DNA of 64,000 nt, from positions 27,678 to 91,677 of the forward strand of contig JAEXNA010000219.1 of assembly GCA_023447635.1 (NCBI GenBank), in the 5' to 3' direction. A model generated the notes under the pieces. It had not been told where the DNA came from. It saw only the letters and a list, made by a program, of their open reading frames with translations, and ran no database searches. A program made the position numbers and the translations under genes. Positions 8,264 to 18,500 of the stretch are shown piece after piece (position 1 is the first letter of the stretch; every line of letters starts with the position of its first letter). The stretch is from Vulcanimicrobiota bacterium (GTDB taxonomy: Bacteria > Vulcanimicrobiota > Xenobia > Xenobiales > JADMJV01).

Positions 8264-11200
8264 CTAGCGCGGTACCAGGCGAAGCCCAAAATCGGTCATC
8301 TCGTAGATCGGGATCCCGTCGACGCGCAGGAACCCGGCGCCCAGCAGGATCGGTTCCGCGCCGCCTTCACGGCGAGTGATCGAGACGTCCACCGTCACCT
8401 TTTTGTTCTTCGGAATCACCTGTCCGCGGTAGGCCCAGGTGTGGGGCAAACCGACCGCAACCGGCTCGAAGCGGTGGGTGTCCAGACACTCCGGCCAGTA
8501 CTGCAGAGCGGCGTATTTCAGCAGCTGCAAAAACGCCTCCAAACCTAGCGATCCGGGCCATACGGGGTCCTCGAAGAAGTGAGCTTTGAAGAACCATTCG
8601 TCCGGGTCGACGATCTTGCTGCCCTGCACGTAGCCCAGCCCCTTGAGGCCGCTTTCGGGCAAGAACAGGTCGACCTGATCCATCATCAAGAGCGCCTTGG
8701 CCGGCATACACGCGCTGGGTCCGGCGTCAAGCTGAGGGTCTTCGGGCGAGAGCGGATGGAACAGGGTGAAGGTGGTGGGACGGGCCGAAGCGGTCTCGGC
8801 CTGGCTGGGGGTATAGGTCCGACGAGCCGCATCGCGGACCCCGAGCTGGTTGGCCAGAGCGGCCGCCGAGAAGAAGCCGAAGTAGGTCGTACCCTCATAG
8901 TACAACTCATCGCCGACCCACATCTGCATAGCGAAGTTTTCGATGATCATGCCGCCCGCTTCGGACACTTCGGTCATCTTGACGCGCATCCGAACGGTGC
9001 CCACGCCGGGGAAGAACTCCTTGTGCAGGGTAGCCGTTCCGCCCAGGTTGCGGAACTTGACGTCGGTCTCCGAGCGCAGCGCCGAACCCAGGTAGCCGGC
9101 CAGCCAGCCGCAGGGTTGGAGGGCGGCTTCGAGCAGAATGCAGTAAGCCATGGAGTCCTGGCGGTTGGCCGCGAAGTACCACTCGTCGGGCGGCACGTCG
9201 TAGTGCGCCTCGATCCAGTCGCCGGCCTGCAGCACGAACTTGGGCTGGTTGACTTCGACCACCCGGTCCATGAACTGGTAGGGCGGCCCGGGCAGGCGAG
9301 CGATCTTGCGCTCATTGTCGAACACCGTGTACTCGGGACCGAAGGCCAGCGAGGGGCGGCCGTTCGAGTACTGCATGATGCTCTCTTTGTCGTAGAGCAC
9401 CTCGTAGGTGGGGGCCGGACTCTCGACCGCCGGAGAGGCAGCCGCGCGGCCGGCCCAGATGCTGTCGACGTCGTGCTGGGTAAGACCGGTCAACTGCATC
9501 GACATGTCGACAAAGCGCACGATCGGCTTGCCGTCGCCAAACATCAGCGCATCGGCCAGCACGTAGGGCTCCGGCCCGAAGCCGATCTCCTTGATGTCGA
9601 CCTGGTAGAGCACCTTCTTGGTCTTCACGGTGACCGGACCACGGCACTTCAACGCGGCCGGCACTTCGAGTTTCGGCTCGAAGGCCACCCGGGACTCTTC
9701 CGAGAGCCAGCCCATTCGCGCCAGCAAGAAGCGCAGGGTATGAGCGCAGCACTCATACATCAGGGTGCCGGGCATCACCATGTCGTCGGTGAAGTGGCAG
9801 GTCAGGAACCAGTCGTCGGGATGGATGTCGGCCTCGGCCTCGATCTGGCCCAGCCCGAAGCGGCCGCCGTCGGCCTTCAGCGAAGTGACGCGGTCGAACA
9901 GCTTCATCCGCCCCTCGGGCAGACCGTAGGGGCGCTGCAGCGGCAGACCGGCGAACCCATCGCCGAAGCAGCCCACCAGGTCGCGGCGACGGAAGGCGGC
10001 GACCTGAGCGTCCGAGTAGGACTCGACGGCGCCTAACCCGCGAGGGAACGGCGCCTTGGGAGCCCAACCGGCAGGGGCCTTACCGGGAACCGGCTCCTTA
10101 TCGCGCTTGGTCAGCACGATACCACCGGAAGCTTCGATCTCGGCGTAGGTGTGGAAGCCCGCGCAGCCTTTGCGCATGGTGATCAGCGGCTGACCGTCGA
10201 TGGTGCCGTCGAACTCGAAGAAGAACAGATAGACTTCGCCCTGCTGGACGAACCGGTTGATGCGAATGTCGTACACGATCACCTCACCGGGTTGGGGCAG
10301 CCCGCGATGGAACTGTACGGTGGCGTCGAGCAGACGGTAGGCCCGGTCGGGAGAGGTCACCAGGTCGATGCCCAGGTAGGAGGAGAGGAAAAGGTCGGCT
10401 TGTCCGGCCTCGACCGAGATGCAGACGGGAGCGCGGTCGTGGTCCAGGTACCAGGCCTCGGGGAAAACGTCGTGCTCGGTGATCAGCCGTCCGCCGGTCA
10501 TCGAGCCCGGCTCGCCTTCCACGCCCATCATCCGGTCGCACAGCATCAGCGGCTCGTCAGGCAGGCGTACCCGAACGGAACGCTTGTCCACGGAAGCGAA
10601 CTGAGGGCCCAGAACTTTCTCGACCGAACCGATGGCGAACTCCATACAGGCGGCGCGGTTCAGCCACGCTTGACCGTCGCGGTGGCGTTCGCCCCGCATG
10701 ATCGGGTTGGGAGAGTTCGGGTCGATTTTGGCCCAGGGGCTCTCCTCCTCGACCTGACGCAGGTGCACCGGCGCCAGAGGAAGGACCGTCGCCTGAGCCG
10801 CCGAGTCGCCCCCGGGCAGCGCGCCGCCCAGCAGGCTCTCGATGCGCTGACGAGTCTGCTCCATCAGTTCCAGGTAGGCCTCGTGAGCCAGCGAGGTCTG
10901 GCGGGTGCTCTCTACGATAGAGGCAGCCAGACGAGCGGCCGGGTCCCCGGCGTAGTCGGGGTGCAGGCCGATGACCGGGCTCAACTCGTGTCCGGGCGTG
11001 GTGGGGGGCGTCATAATCTGTCCATCCTTTGTCAGTGTCTTGGGTCGAGAAGCTTGAGGTCCGCTCCACACCAGCGCCCTCTTCGGGGCCCCGGTGGGGT
11101 GGGAGGGAGGCGGGGTGGGAGCCGGAGCGGCTACGGTGGAGGGGGCAGCGGTCGGCGTGGGAGCGCTCCGGGCCACCACGGGAGTGGGCGCAGGCCGGCT

Positions 11201-14200
11201 CACCGCGGGAACGGGCGCCGGAGCGGGGGTCGCTGAGCGGGCCGGCGCCGGAACCTGAGCCGCCACGGGAGCAACCCCAGGGGTAGCGGGCGCAGGAGCG
11301 GCGGGTCGCGCCGGAGCGGGAGCGGGGGAAGCTGCGGCAGGGGCCGGGGGAGCTTTGCGGGTTACCGGGCTGGCCAGTCGGCGGGCCAGGCCCGAACCCG
11401 AGCCCACCGCGATGCTGGGACGGCTGCCCCGACGCGCACCCTCACGGGCCGCCGGATAGAGCGCCCCGAGGTCGACCTTGCCGCCGTGCACGTAGGTCGA
11501 GGCCAGCAGGCGCAGCAGCGCCATCGCCTCGCCCGTCTTGGGCAGCGAGAGCGAGCGGCTCCAGAACTCTTCGCCCTGCAGGATCGAGCGAATCATGCGA
11601 GCGCACGAGCCGCCCGGACCGATCTCGATGAAGTGGCGCACGCCGTCGCGGTGAGCTGCCTGGACCAGCGCCGGGAAGGAGAAGCCGTGCAGGGCGTTTT
11701 CGGTGATCGACTCGGCCGCGCTTTCCCGATCGGGAACGTAAGCCCGCTGGCGAAATCCGTTGTAGAAACGCACCCCTTCGGGCGGCGTGGTGGGCAAGCG
11801 GTGCAGTTCGCGATAGCTTTCGGCCACCGGGTGCATCAGCGCGCAGTGCACGGTGGGCACCCCGTCGAGGGCGAACAGGTCGCATTTCAGGCGGTCCGCC
11901 ACCTCGTCGAGCGCCTCGGCGGCTCCGCCGATCACGCACTCCTCGGGCGTGTTGACGATGAGCAGGAAGACATCGCCCCGCTCCCGTCCCGCGATCGCCT
12001 CGCGCACCTCGGCTTCGGGCTTGTTGACCACCGCTACCCGCCAGTCGAACGGCTGGTCGGCGGCGAGGCCGAGCACCTCGCGAGCGGTCTGATAGCCGGC
12101 GCGCAGTTGGCTCAGGAAGAGCGGCGAAGCCATGGTCTTTTCGAACATCTCGTCGCGAGCCTGCCAGGCGCCCATCGAGAACAGCGCGGCCGTCTCGCCC
12201 AAGGAATAACCGATGGCGGCCTGGGGCGGCTCCAGGAACAGCCCGAGCACTCGTGAGGCCAGGATGGCAAAGGTAACTTGACTGAAGATCGGGGCCAGCG
12301 GGTCGTTGTCGATGGCGGCCAGCGCCTCGGCCTCCCACCCGTCTCCCCTCTCCGAGGCAAACGGCTGAGTCAACCAGGGGGTGAAATGCTGGTACGACGT
12401 GGCGGCCTCGGAGGAGACCTGAGCGGCCACCTCGGGGAACAGCACGGCCAGTTCGCGGCCCATGCCCAGATAGTGATTGCCCGAGCCGGGAAACACCCAG
12501 GCGGTTTCGCCCGGGGTCGGCGCGGCCTGGAAGAACACTCCGGCCTGCCCATCTAAAGCGGGCGTCTCGCCCCGAGCGCAGCGCTCGAGCAGGTCCAGTC
12601 CGGCCAGAAGTTCGCTTGCGTTACGGGCGACCACGGCGCCGCGAGGACCGGCCACGTTGGCCTCCTGCGAGGTCGACCAGTCGCGTGCCAGCGCCTCGAA
12701 GGGGCCGGGCTCCCCCGCCGCCGAGCGCAGAGCGCCCAGGGAGGCGATGGGCAGCAGGAACAGCTGAGCCGGCAGGGCTCGCGAGCGAACTCCGGCTTCC
12801 GCCAGGCCTCCCCCCTTACCGCCTTCGCGCAGCAGTACGGCGTGGCTGTCGCGACCGGACGAATGGCCCACGCTGACCGCGCGACGCGGCCCCTGACGGT
12901 CGTCGTGCCACCAGAACGAAGCCTCGCGAGGCAGATAGGTACCCACTGGCGTGGGCAGCGGCTGTTGCAGTCCGACCACGCCCGGCAGCACCTTGCTATC
13001 GAGCGCGGTGGCTGCCGAGATCACCGAGAGCAGTCCGCCCAGGGCGCCGCCCTGGCCAAAGCTGCCCACCTGAGTTCCGAAGGCGGTCGGCCGGGCTCCC
13101 CCGGCGGGAGCGGGGAAATGGTGGCCGTAATGCTTCAAGAAACGAGCGTCGTCTTCGGGGTCGGCCCAGCTGAGCACGTCGACAAAGCCGGGAGCCTCGC
13201 CGTCCAGCTTCCTCGAGAGCGCTTCGAGATTGCGGATCAGCGCCCGCGGCCCCGAAGTGGCGAACACCTCATCGAGCACGGCCAGGATGCGATCGCCGTC
13301 GGCCTCGGCCGCGGCCCGGCTCTTGAGCACCAGCGCCACCGCCCCCTCGGCCACCGTAGCGCCCTGACCCTGAGGGTCGAAGGGTCGGGCCACGCCGCCC
13401 CTGGCCAACCGTTTGCCTCGGTCCTCGGCCCAGACACAGCGCGGGTCGCCGGCCAGGTCGATGGCGCCGATCAGGCAGCTGTCCATCTCTCCGTTCTGGA
13501 TGGCGCGCATTCCGATCTCCAGGGCGCGCACTCCGGACAGCTCTCCGCAAGAGATAGCGTAGGACGGCCCACCCAGAGAGAATTCGCGAGCGGCTCGAGA
13601 GGCCGCGATGCTGCCCAGAGCGCCCAGGGTACGAGTGCTGTCCAGCGGACGCGAGAGGGTCGCGCGCAGCCGCTCCCGTGCGGCATCGTCCAACTCTTCG
13701 GGGCGGACGCCCAGTCGAGAAAGCATGCGCGGCAGGGCCCAGCGCAGGTGGAAGTTGGTCGTCTCCATATCCAGGCTGATGCCGATCAGGGCGCCGCTGC
13801 GACGGCAGCGCTCCTTGGGGCCCAGCGTGCTGCGCTCGGTGGCCTGGTGGGCCGCCGCCAGCAGCAGCGACTGCTGCAGCAAGATGTCGGGCAGGTCCAT
13901 CGGAGGCACCCGGAACTCGCCTGCCTCGACGTGAAGCGCTTCGAGGTAGCTGCCCCAGACCTCTTCTAGCGAGGCCATCGAACCTTCCAGCCGGTCGGGC
14001 CAGCGGTTCTCGGGACGCGGCGTGGCGGCGCTACGTCCCAGCAGGCGGTCGACCAGGAAACGCTCGAAGTCGTGCTCCTGCCCGATCTTGACCGCCACCG
14101 AAGTGATCACCACCTCGTCCACCGGCGCGGGCTGCCCCACGGTCTCGGGCCCAAACCCCGGCTCTTCGACCAGAACGTGTCCGTTGATGCCGCCGAAGCC

Positions 14201-15466
14201 GAAAGCGGAAACGCCCGCCCGCAGCGGGTCGCTCGACTGCCAGGCCTCGGGCTTAGTGAGCACGCGGAACGGGGTGTCCTGGAAATCGATCCCCTTCGAG
14301 GGGCTCTCGAAGTTGTTCATCGGGGGCAAGGTGCGAGTCTCGATCGCCTTGATCACCTTGATCAGGCCGGCCACGCCCGCGCCGGTCAGAAGGTGACCAA
14401 TCTGCGATTTCACCGAACCCAGTACGGTGCCGGGAGCGTCAGAGCGCTCTTCTTGCCAGAACTTGCGCAGCGAGTTGAACTCGATCTTATCGCCCTTGGG
14501 CGTGCCGGTACCGTGGCACTCGACCAGACCCACCTGGTCGGCCCTCCAACCGGCCTGACGGTAGGCCTCGTTCAGAGCGCGAAGTTGGCCCTCGGTGTCG
14601 GGTGCCAGCAAGCTGCCCCCGACATCGTTGGAAAGGCCGATACCGCGAATCACAGCGTAGACTCGGTCGCCCTGAGCCAGCGCGTCCGGCAGGCGTTTGA
14701 GCAGCAAGAAGCCCGCTCCCTCTCCCACCACCAGGCCGTCGCCTTTGTGGTCGAAGGGCGAACAGCGGCCGCTCGGACTCAAAGCGCCCAGAGCGGTGAA
14801 GCCCGCCTGGGTGTAAAGGTTGTCGGCGCGATTGGCGCCGCCCGCCAGCACCGCGTCGGCACGTCCGTCGGTCAGGGCGTCACAGGCTAGCTTCACCGAA
14901 TACAGCGAGGAGGCGCAAGCCGCATCCAGGGTCAAGGTGAAGCCGCCCAGCCCCAGGGCGTCAGCCACCACTTCAGCCGGACGCCCGGTGACCTGACGGT
15001 CCAACGGTCGAGACAGCGGTTCCGGCGTTTCCGGGCGAGGACTCAGGCTCTGGGCCAGGGTGTCCAGGAAAAACTCCTCGGACAGGCGCGACGACTCCAT
15101 CGTGGGCAGTGCGATCGAAGCCAGGATAGTCGCCACGCGAGAGCGGTCCTCGAGCTTGCCCCGGGCGTCATCGAGGGTCATCTCGGCGGCCACCAGGGAC
15201 AGACGACTGAGATCGTCCAAGCCTTCACCGCTCACGCTGCGCGGCTGCGGAATCGCATCCATCAAACAGGCGCGCAGCGAACCGACGCCGTCAGCGCCCG
15301 TGCCGTTCTTGGCGAACCAGTTCGGGTCGGCGGGCCAGCGCTCGGCCGGCACCTCGCGAGAGGCGTCGTAGCCGCTCAGGATGTTGTTCCAGAAAGCCGG
15401 CACGTCGGGGGCCGAAGGAAATACTCCGCCCATCCCCACGACAGCGATGGCATAAGGTCTTTTCAC
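8264..15466 (-). CDS. pfaC: PUFA-synthase-type PKS subunit, KS-CLF-AT-(Pro/Ala linker)-DH-DH (PfaB/PfaC-like fusion)
   Basis: KS active-site DAACASSLYSVKLACDAL and ECHGTGTPKGD. A second KS-like (CLF) domain follows. AT motif GYSLGETAALFSMGAW. Long Pro/Ala-rich linker. Two FabA-like hot-dog DH domains (HFTDDMVMPGTLMYE; FFEDPVWPGSLGLEAF). GTG start with AAGGA 8 nt upstream. Confidence 0.9.
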   Translation of the reverse strand: MKRPYAIAVVGMGGVFPSAPDVPAFWNNILSGYDASREVPAERWPADPNWFAKNGTGADGVGSLRACLMDAIPQPRSVSGEGLDDLSRLSLVAAEMTLDDARGKLEDRSRVATILASIALPTMESSRLSEEFFLDTLAQSLSPRPETPEPLSRPLDRQVTGRPAEVVADALGLGGFTLTLDAACASSLYSVKLACDALTDGRADAVLAGGANRADNLYTQAGFTALGALSPSGRCSPFDHKGDGLVVGEGAGFLLLKRLPDALAQGDRVYAVIRGIGLSNDVGGSLLAPDTEGQLRALNEAYRQAGWRADQVGLVECHGTGTPKGDKIEFNSLRKFWQEERSDAPGTVLGSVKSQIGHLLTGAGVAGLIKVIKAIETRTLPPMNNFESPSKGIDFQDTPFRVLTKPEAWQSSDPLRAGVSAFGFGGINGHVLVEEPGFGPETVGQPAPVDEVVITSVAVKIGQEHDFERFLVDRLLGRSAATPRPENRWPDRLEGSMASLEEVWGSYLEALHVEAGEFRVPPMDLPDILLQQSLLLAAAHQATERSTLGPKERCRRSGALIGISLDMETTNFHLRWALPRMLSRLGVRPEELDDAARERLRATLSRPLDSTRTLGALGSIAASRAAREFSLGGPSYAISCGELSGVRALEIGMRAIQNGEMDSCLIGAIDLAGDPRCVWAEDRGKRLARGGVARPFDPQGQGATVAEGAVALVLKSRAAAEADGDRILAVLDEVFATSGPRALIRNLEALSRKLDGEAPGFVDVLSWADPEDDARFLKHYGHHFPAPAGGARPTAFGTQVGSFGQGGALGGLLSVISAATALDSKVLPGVVGLQQPLPTPVGTYLPREASFWWHDDRQGPRRAVSVGHSSGRDSHAVLLREGGKGGGLAEAGVRSRALPAQLFLLPIASLGALRSAAGEPGPFEALARDWSTSQEANVAGPRGAVVARNASELLAGLDLLERCARGETPALDGQAGVFFQAAPTPGETAWVFPGSGNHYLGMGRELAVLFPEVAAQVSSEAATSYQHFTPWLTQPFASERGDGWEAEALAAIDNDPLAPIFSQVTFAILASRVLGLFLEPPQAAIGYSLGETAALFSMGAWQARDEMFEKTMASPLFLSQLRAGYQTAREVLGLAADQPFDWRVAVVNKPEAEVREAIAGRERGDVFLLIVNTPEECVIGGAAEALDEVADRLKCDLFALDGVPTVHCALMHPVAESYRELHRLPTTPPEGVRFYNGFRQRAYVPDRESAAESITENALHGFSFPALVQAAHRDGVRHFIEIGPGGSCARMIRSILQGEEFWSRSLSLPKTGEAMALLRLLASTYVHGGKVDLGALYPAAREGARRGSRPSIAVGSGSGLARRLASPVTRKAPPAPAAASPAPAPARPAAPAPATPGVAPVAAQVPAPARSATPAPAPVPAVSRPAPTPVVARSAPTPTAAPSTVAAPAPTPPPSHPTGAPKRALVWSGPQASRPKTLTKDGQIMTPPTTPGHELSPVIGLHPDYAGDPAARLAASIVESTRQTSLAHEAYLELMEQTRQRIESLLGGALPGGDSAAQATVLPLAPVHLRQVEEESPWAKIDPNSPNPIMRGERHRDGQAWLNRAACMEFAIGSVEKVLGPQFASVDKRSVRVRLPDEPLMLCDRMMGVEGEPGSMTGGRLITEHDVFPEAWYLDHDRAPVCISVEAGQADLFLSSYLGIDLVTSPDRAYRLLDATVQFHRGLPQPGEVIVYDIRINRFVQQGEVYLFFFEFDGTIDGQPLITMRKGCAGFHTYAEIEASGGIVLTKRDKEPVPGKAPAGWAPKAPFPRGLGAVESYSDAQVAAFRRRDLVGCFGDGFAGLPLQRPYGLPEGRMKLFDRVTSLKADGGRFGLGQIEAEADIHPDDWFLTCHFTDDMVMPGTLMYECCAHTLRFLLARMGWLSEESRVAFEPKLEVPAALKCRGPVTVKTKKVLYQVDIKEIGFGPEPYVLADALMFGDGKPIVRFVDMSMQLTGLTQHDVDSIWAGRAAASPAVESPAPTYEVLYDKESIMQYSNGRPSLAFGPEYTVFDNERKIARLPGPPYQFMDRVVEVNQPKFVLQAGDWIEAHYDVPPDEWYFAANRQDSMAYCILLEAALQPCGWLAGYLGSALRSETDVKFRNLGGTATLHKEFFPGVGTVRMRVKMTEVSEAGGMIIENFAMQMWVGDELYYEGTTYFGFFSAAALANQLGVRDAARRTYTPSQAETASARPTTFTLFHPLSPEDPQLDAGPSACMPAKALLMMDQVDLFLPESGLKGLGYVQGSKIVDPDEWFFKAHFFEDPVWPGSLGLEAFLQLLKYAALQYWPECLDTHRFEPVAVGLPHTWAYRGQVIPKNKKVTVDVSITRREGGAEPILLGAGFLRVDGIPIYEMTDFGLRLVPR

Positions 15467-15480
15467 GATGGGTCCTTTGT

Positions 15481-15519
15481 CTTGTCAGGAAAAACAAGCC
15501 CGGGCCCCGCGGGGCCCGG
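15481..15519 (-). terminator. intrinsic-terminator-like element between pfaA stop and pfaC start (GC hairpin plus U-tract)
   Basis: On the minus (sense) strand, a perfect 20-nt palindrome CCGGGCCCCGCGGGGCCCGG lies 7 nt after the pfaA TAA. It is followed by GCTTGTTTTTCC. A second small hairpin (CTTGT...ACAAG) sits beside it. Confidence 0.35.
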
Positions 15520-15526
15520 ACCGGGG

Positions 15527-18500
15527 TTAGCGAGCGAGGGCGCCGCTCAGACCGAAGGCGGCCTTCAGGGCGTCGTCGGCGGTCCACTCGAGCCGCTCGA
15601 AGCGGCCCAGCAGGTTGCCCTTGGCGTCAATCAGGTCGCAGTCGGCCACCAGGGCGCGGTCGCTGTGGCTGACCACCTTCAGGACGGCCTTCACGCCGCT
15701 CTTCGGGTAGCGGTTGACGAACTGGCGATAGTGGGCGAAGCCGTTCGGCAGCGAAGGCTTGCCCAGACCGTCCCAGCACCAGAGAATGCCAAGCTGCAGC
15801 ACTCCGTCGACCACTAGCGGTTCGGTGGCCCAGTCCGAGCGCAGCGGATCTCGTTCCCACTCGGCGGGTTTCCCGGCCGACTTCAGTTCGGCCACCAGGC
15901 CGCCTTCGGAGATGCCCGACACCCCGCTCACGGCGTGGAAATCCGGCCCGTGGAAGAGCAGTTCCGAGTAGATGGCGTCGGGCGAGTGGCTATAGCTGCG
16001 CGTGCTCAGAGGGGCGGGATCGAACGGCGCGGGGGCGCTGTCCTGAGCGTCGCCCAGGACCACGGTCGCCCGAGCGTGCAGCGCGTTGCGGCCGGTGTCC
16101 TTGAGCTCTAACGTCGCGTGGGTGCGACCGTCGACGACCTTCGTCGAGACCACGCTCACGGCAAGCGTCGGCTCGACCCCACCGCTTACGGTGACGCCGC
16201 GGAACACCCGCAGATCATCGAGGCCCACCAGGCGCATTCCGGCGCCCGAGAGCAGGGCGCCCTGAGTGAACCATTCCATCATGAAAGCCATCGGTAGCAC
16301 CGGCTGACCTTTGAGCTTGTGCGAATCGAGGAACGGCAGTGCGCTGACCGAGATCGCCTTCTGCAGGAGCTGCTCTCCCCCACCGCTCTGCCCCTCGCTC
16401 GAGGACGAGGTGCGCGGCTTGGGAGAGACCGGCTCGGGGAAGCCGTCGCCGAACAGCACTTCGGCCTGGCCGGCACCGTGGTGCGACAGTTCATCAACCA
16501 CGGCCTGAGCGCCGGCTTCGAGCGGGATCAAGCCCACGCCGATCCGCTCGAACTCTCGAGCCAGGGCGGGAGTGACCATTCCGCCCGCCCAGGGACCCCA
16601 GCCCATGGCGACCATGGTGCAGCGGGGGCGGCGGCGCGATTCTAGCTGGGCGAACTTATTGAGCACCTCGTTGGCCATGCAGTAGTCGACCTGACCGGGC
16701 CGTCCGAAGCGGGCGGTCACGGACGAGAAGAACAGCATGGTCTTCAAGTCGGGCAGCAGTTCGTTGAGGATGAGCAAGCTGTCGATCTTGGTCGAGAAGA
16801 CGCTCTGGAACATCTCGTCGGTCTTGTCTTCGATCTTGCGGTCGGCCAGCACGCCGGCGCCGTGGATCAGGGTGGTGATGGCCCCGAGCTGCTTCTGCAC
16901 TTCGGCCAGGCCGGCTTTCAGACCGTCCTTATCGCGCACATCGCAAGCCAGGTAAACAGCTTCCACTCCGGCCTCAGCGAAGGCGGCCAGAGTTCCCTGC
17001 ATCTCACGCTGAGCGGCGACCTTGTTGGCCACGCCCTGGAGGTCCTTCGGCGTCGCTTTGCCGCCGAACTGGCGCTGCATGATCTCGCGCTTGAGAGCGC
17101 CTTCATCCTCGATACCGGGATAGAGGTCGAAGTCGGGTCCTTCCAGCGGGGTGCGTCCCAGCAGGACGAACTTGCTGCCGTAGGCGCGAGCGGTGGCGAT
17201 AGCGCAGGCTGCGGTCACGCCGCGAGCGCCACCGGTCACCAGCACGACGTCCTTCTTGCCCAGGCGAGGAGCTCCCGCACTGGCCTGAGCCGTCGCGGTG
17301 ACCAGGGTCTCGCGACGACCGGGGCTTAGCGCGACTTCAACCGGGCCGTCTTTCATCAGCTCTTCGAGCACCGTTTCCACGGTGATCTCCGGATGACGAT
17401 CGATGGCGCGGGTGAACACCTCGGGCCACTCGTGAGCTACCGTCTTGGGCAAGCCGGCCAGACCGCCGATGAAGGGGTCGAACGCCTTGCCCTTGAGGCC
17501 GAAGCTGCCGTCCAGGGTGGTTACGGTGAACAGCGCGCCGCCGCTCTTACGCAGAGCCGGCGCCGCTTCGCGGGTGCGCTGGAAAGCGGTCATCAGGAAC
17601 TCGCGCGAACGCTGTCCGTCGCCGCCGTTGCCGACCAGCACCAGAGCGCCCAGGTTGGCCGGGAGGGCGCTGCCCGCCTCGACCTTCTCCACCTCCACGC
17701 CGCGCGACTGCAGGGCACCGACCAGTTCGTCGCCGAGGCCGGGGGTGTCCTCGAGCACGGCCAGAACCGCGCCCTCAGGCAGGGGCAGGCCGCTGGCCTG
17801 TCCCGGGCCCAGGTCGATCAGCTGCAGGCACTGACGGCTGATGGTACGAGCTGCGGGGGGAGCTGCCACAACGGTCGGAGCGACCACATGCGCGGCCGCA
17901 GCCCCACCAGCCGGAGTCATCGCGACCACGATTTCTCCCAGGGTGCGCAGGCTGCCGAGGCGGTCAGCGTCGACCTTGGGAAGGCCGGGCATGACTTCCT
18001 CGACGGAGGCCAGAATTTCCACCCGCTTGATGCTGTCGATGCCCAGGTCGGACTCCAGGTCCATCTCCAGGTTCAGCATCTCCTGCGGATAGCCGGTCTT
18101 CTCGGCCACCACGGCCAGCAGAGCGGCGGTCACGCCCGAGGCGTCCCCTCCACCGGAAGCGGCCGGAGCAGCAGGGGCGGCGGGGGCAGCCGCTGCAGGA
18201 GCGATCCCTTTGGGAGTCATCGCTTCCACGATCTCGCCCAGGGTGTGCAGACTGCCCAGACGGTCGCTGTCGACCTTGGGCAGACCGGGCAGCGCTTCTT
18301 CTACCGAAGCCAGGATCTCGACCCGCTTGATGCTGTCGATCCCCAGGTCGGACTCCAGGTCCATCTCCAGCGTCAGCATGTCCACGGGGTAGCCGGTCTT
18401 CTCGGCCACCACGACCATCAGCGCTTTGGCCACGCCGGGGTCGGTCGCGGGAACGCCCGTCGCAGGAGCGGCGTGGGCGGTCAACTGGGGCTGCAGGTCG

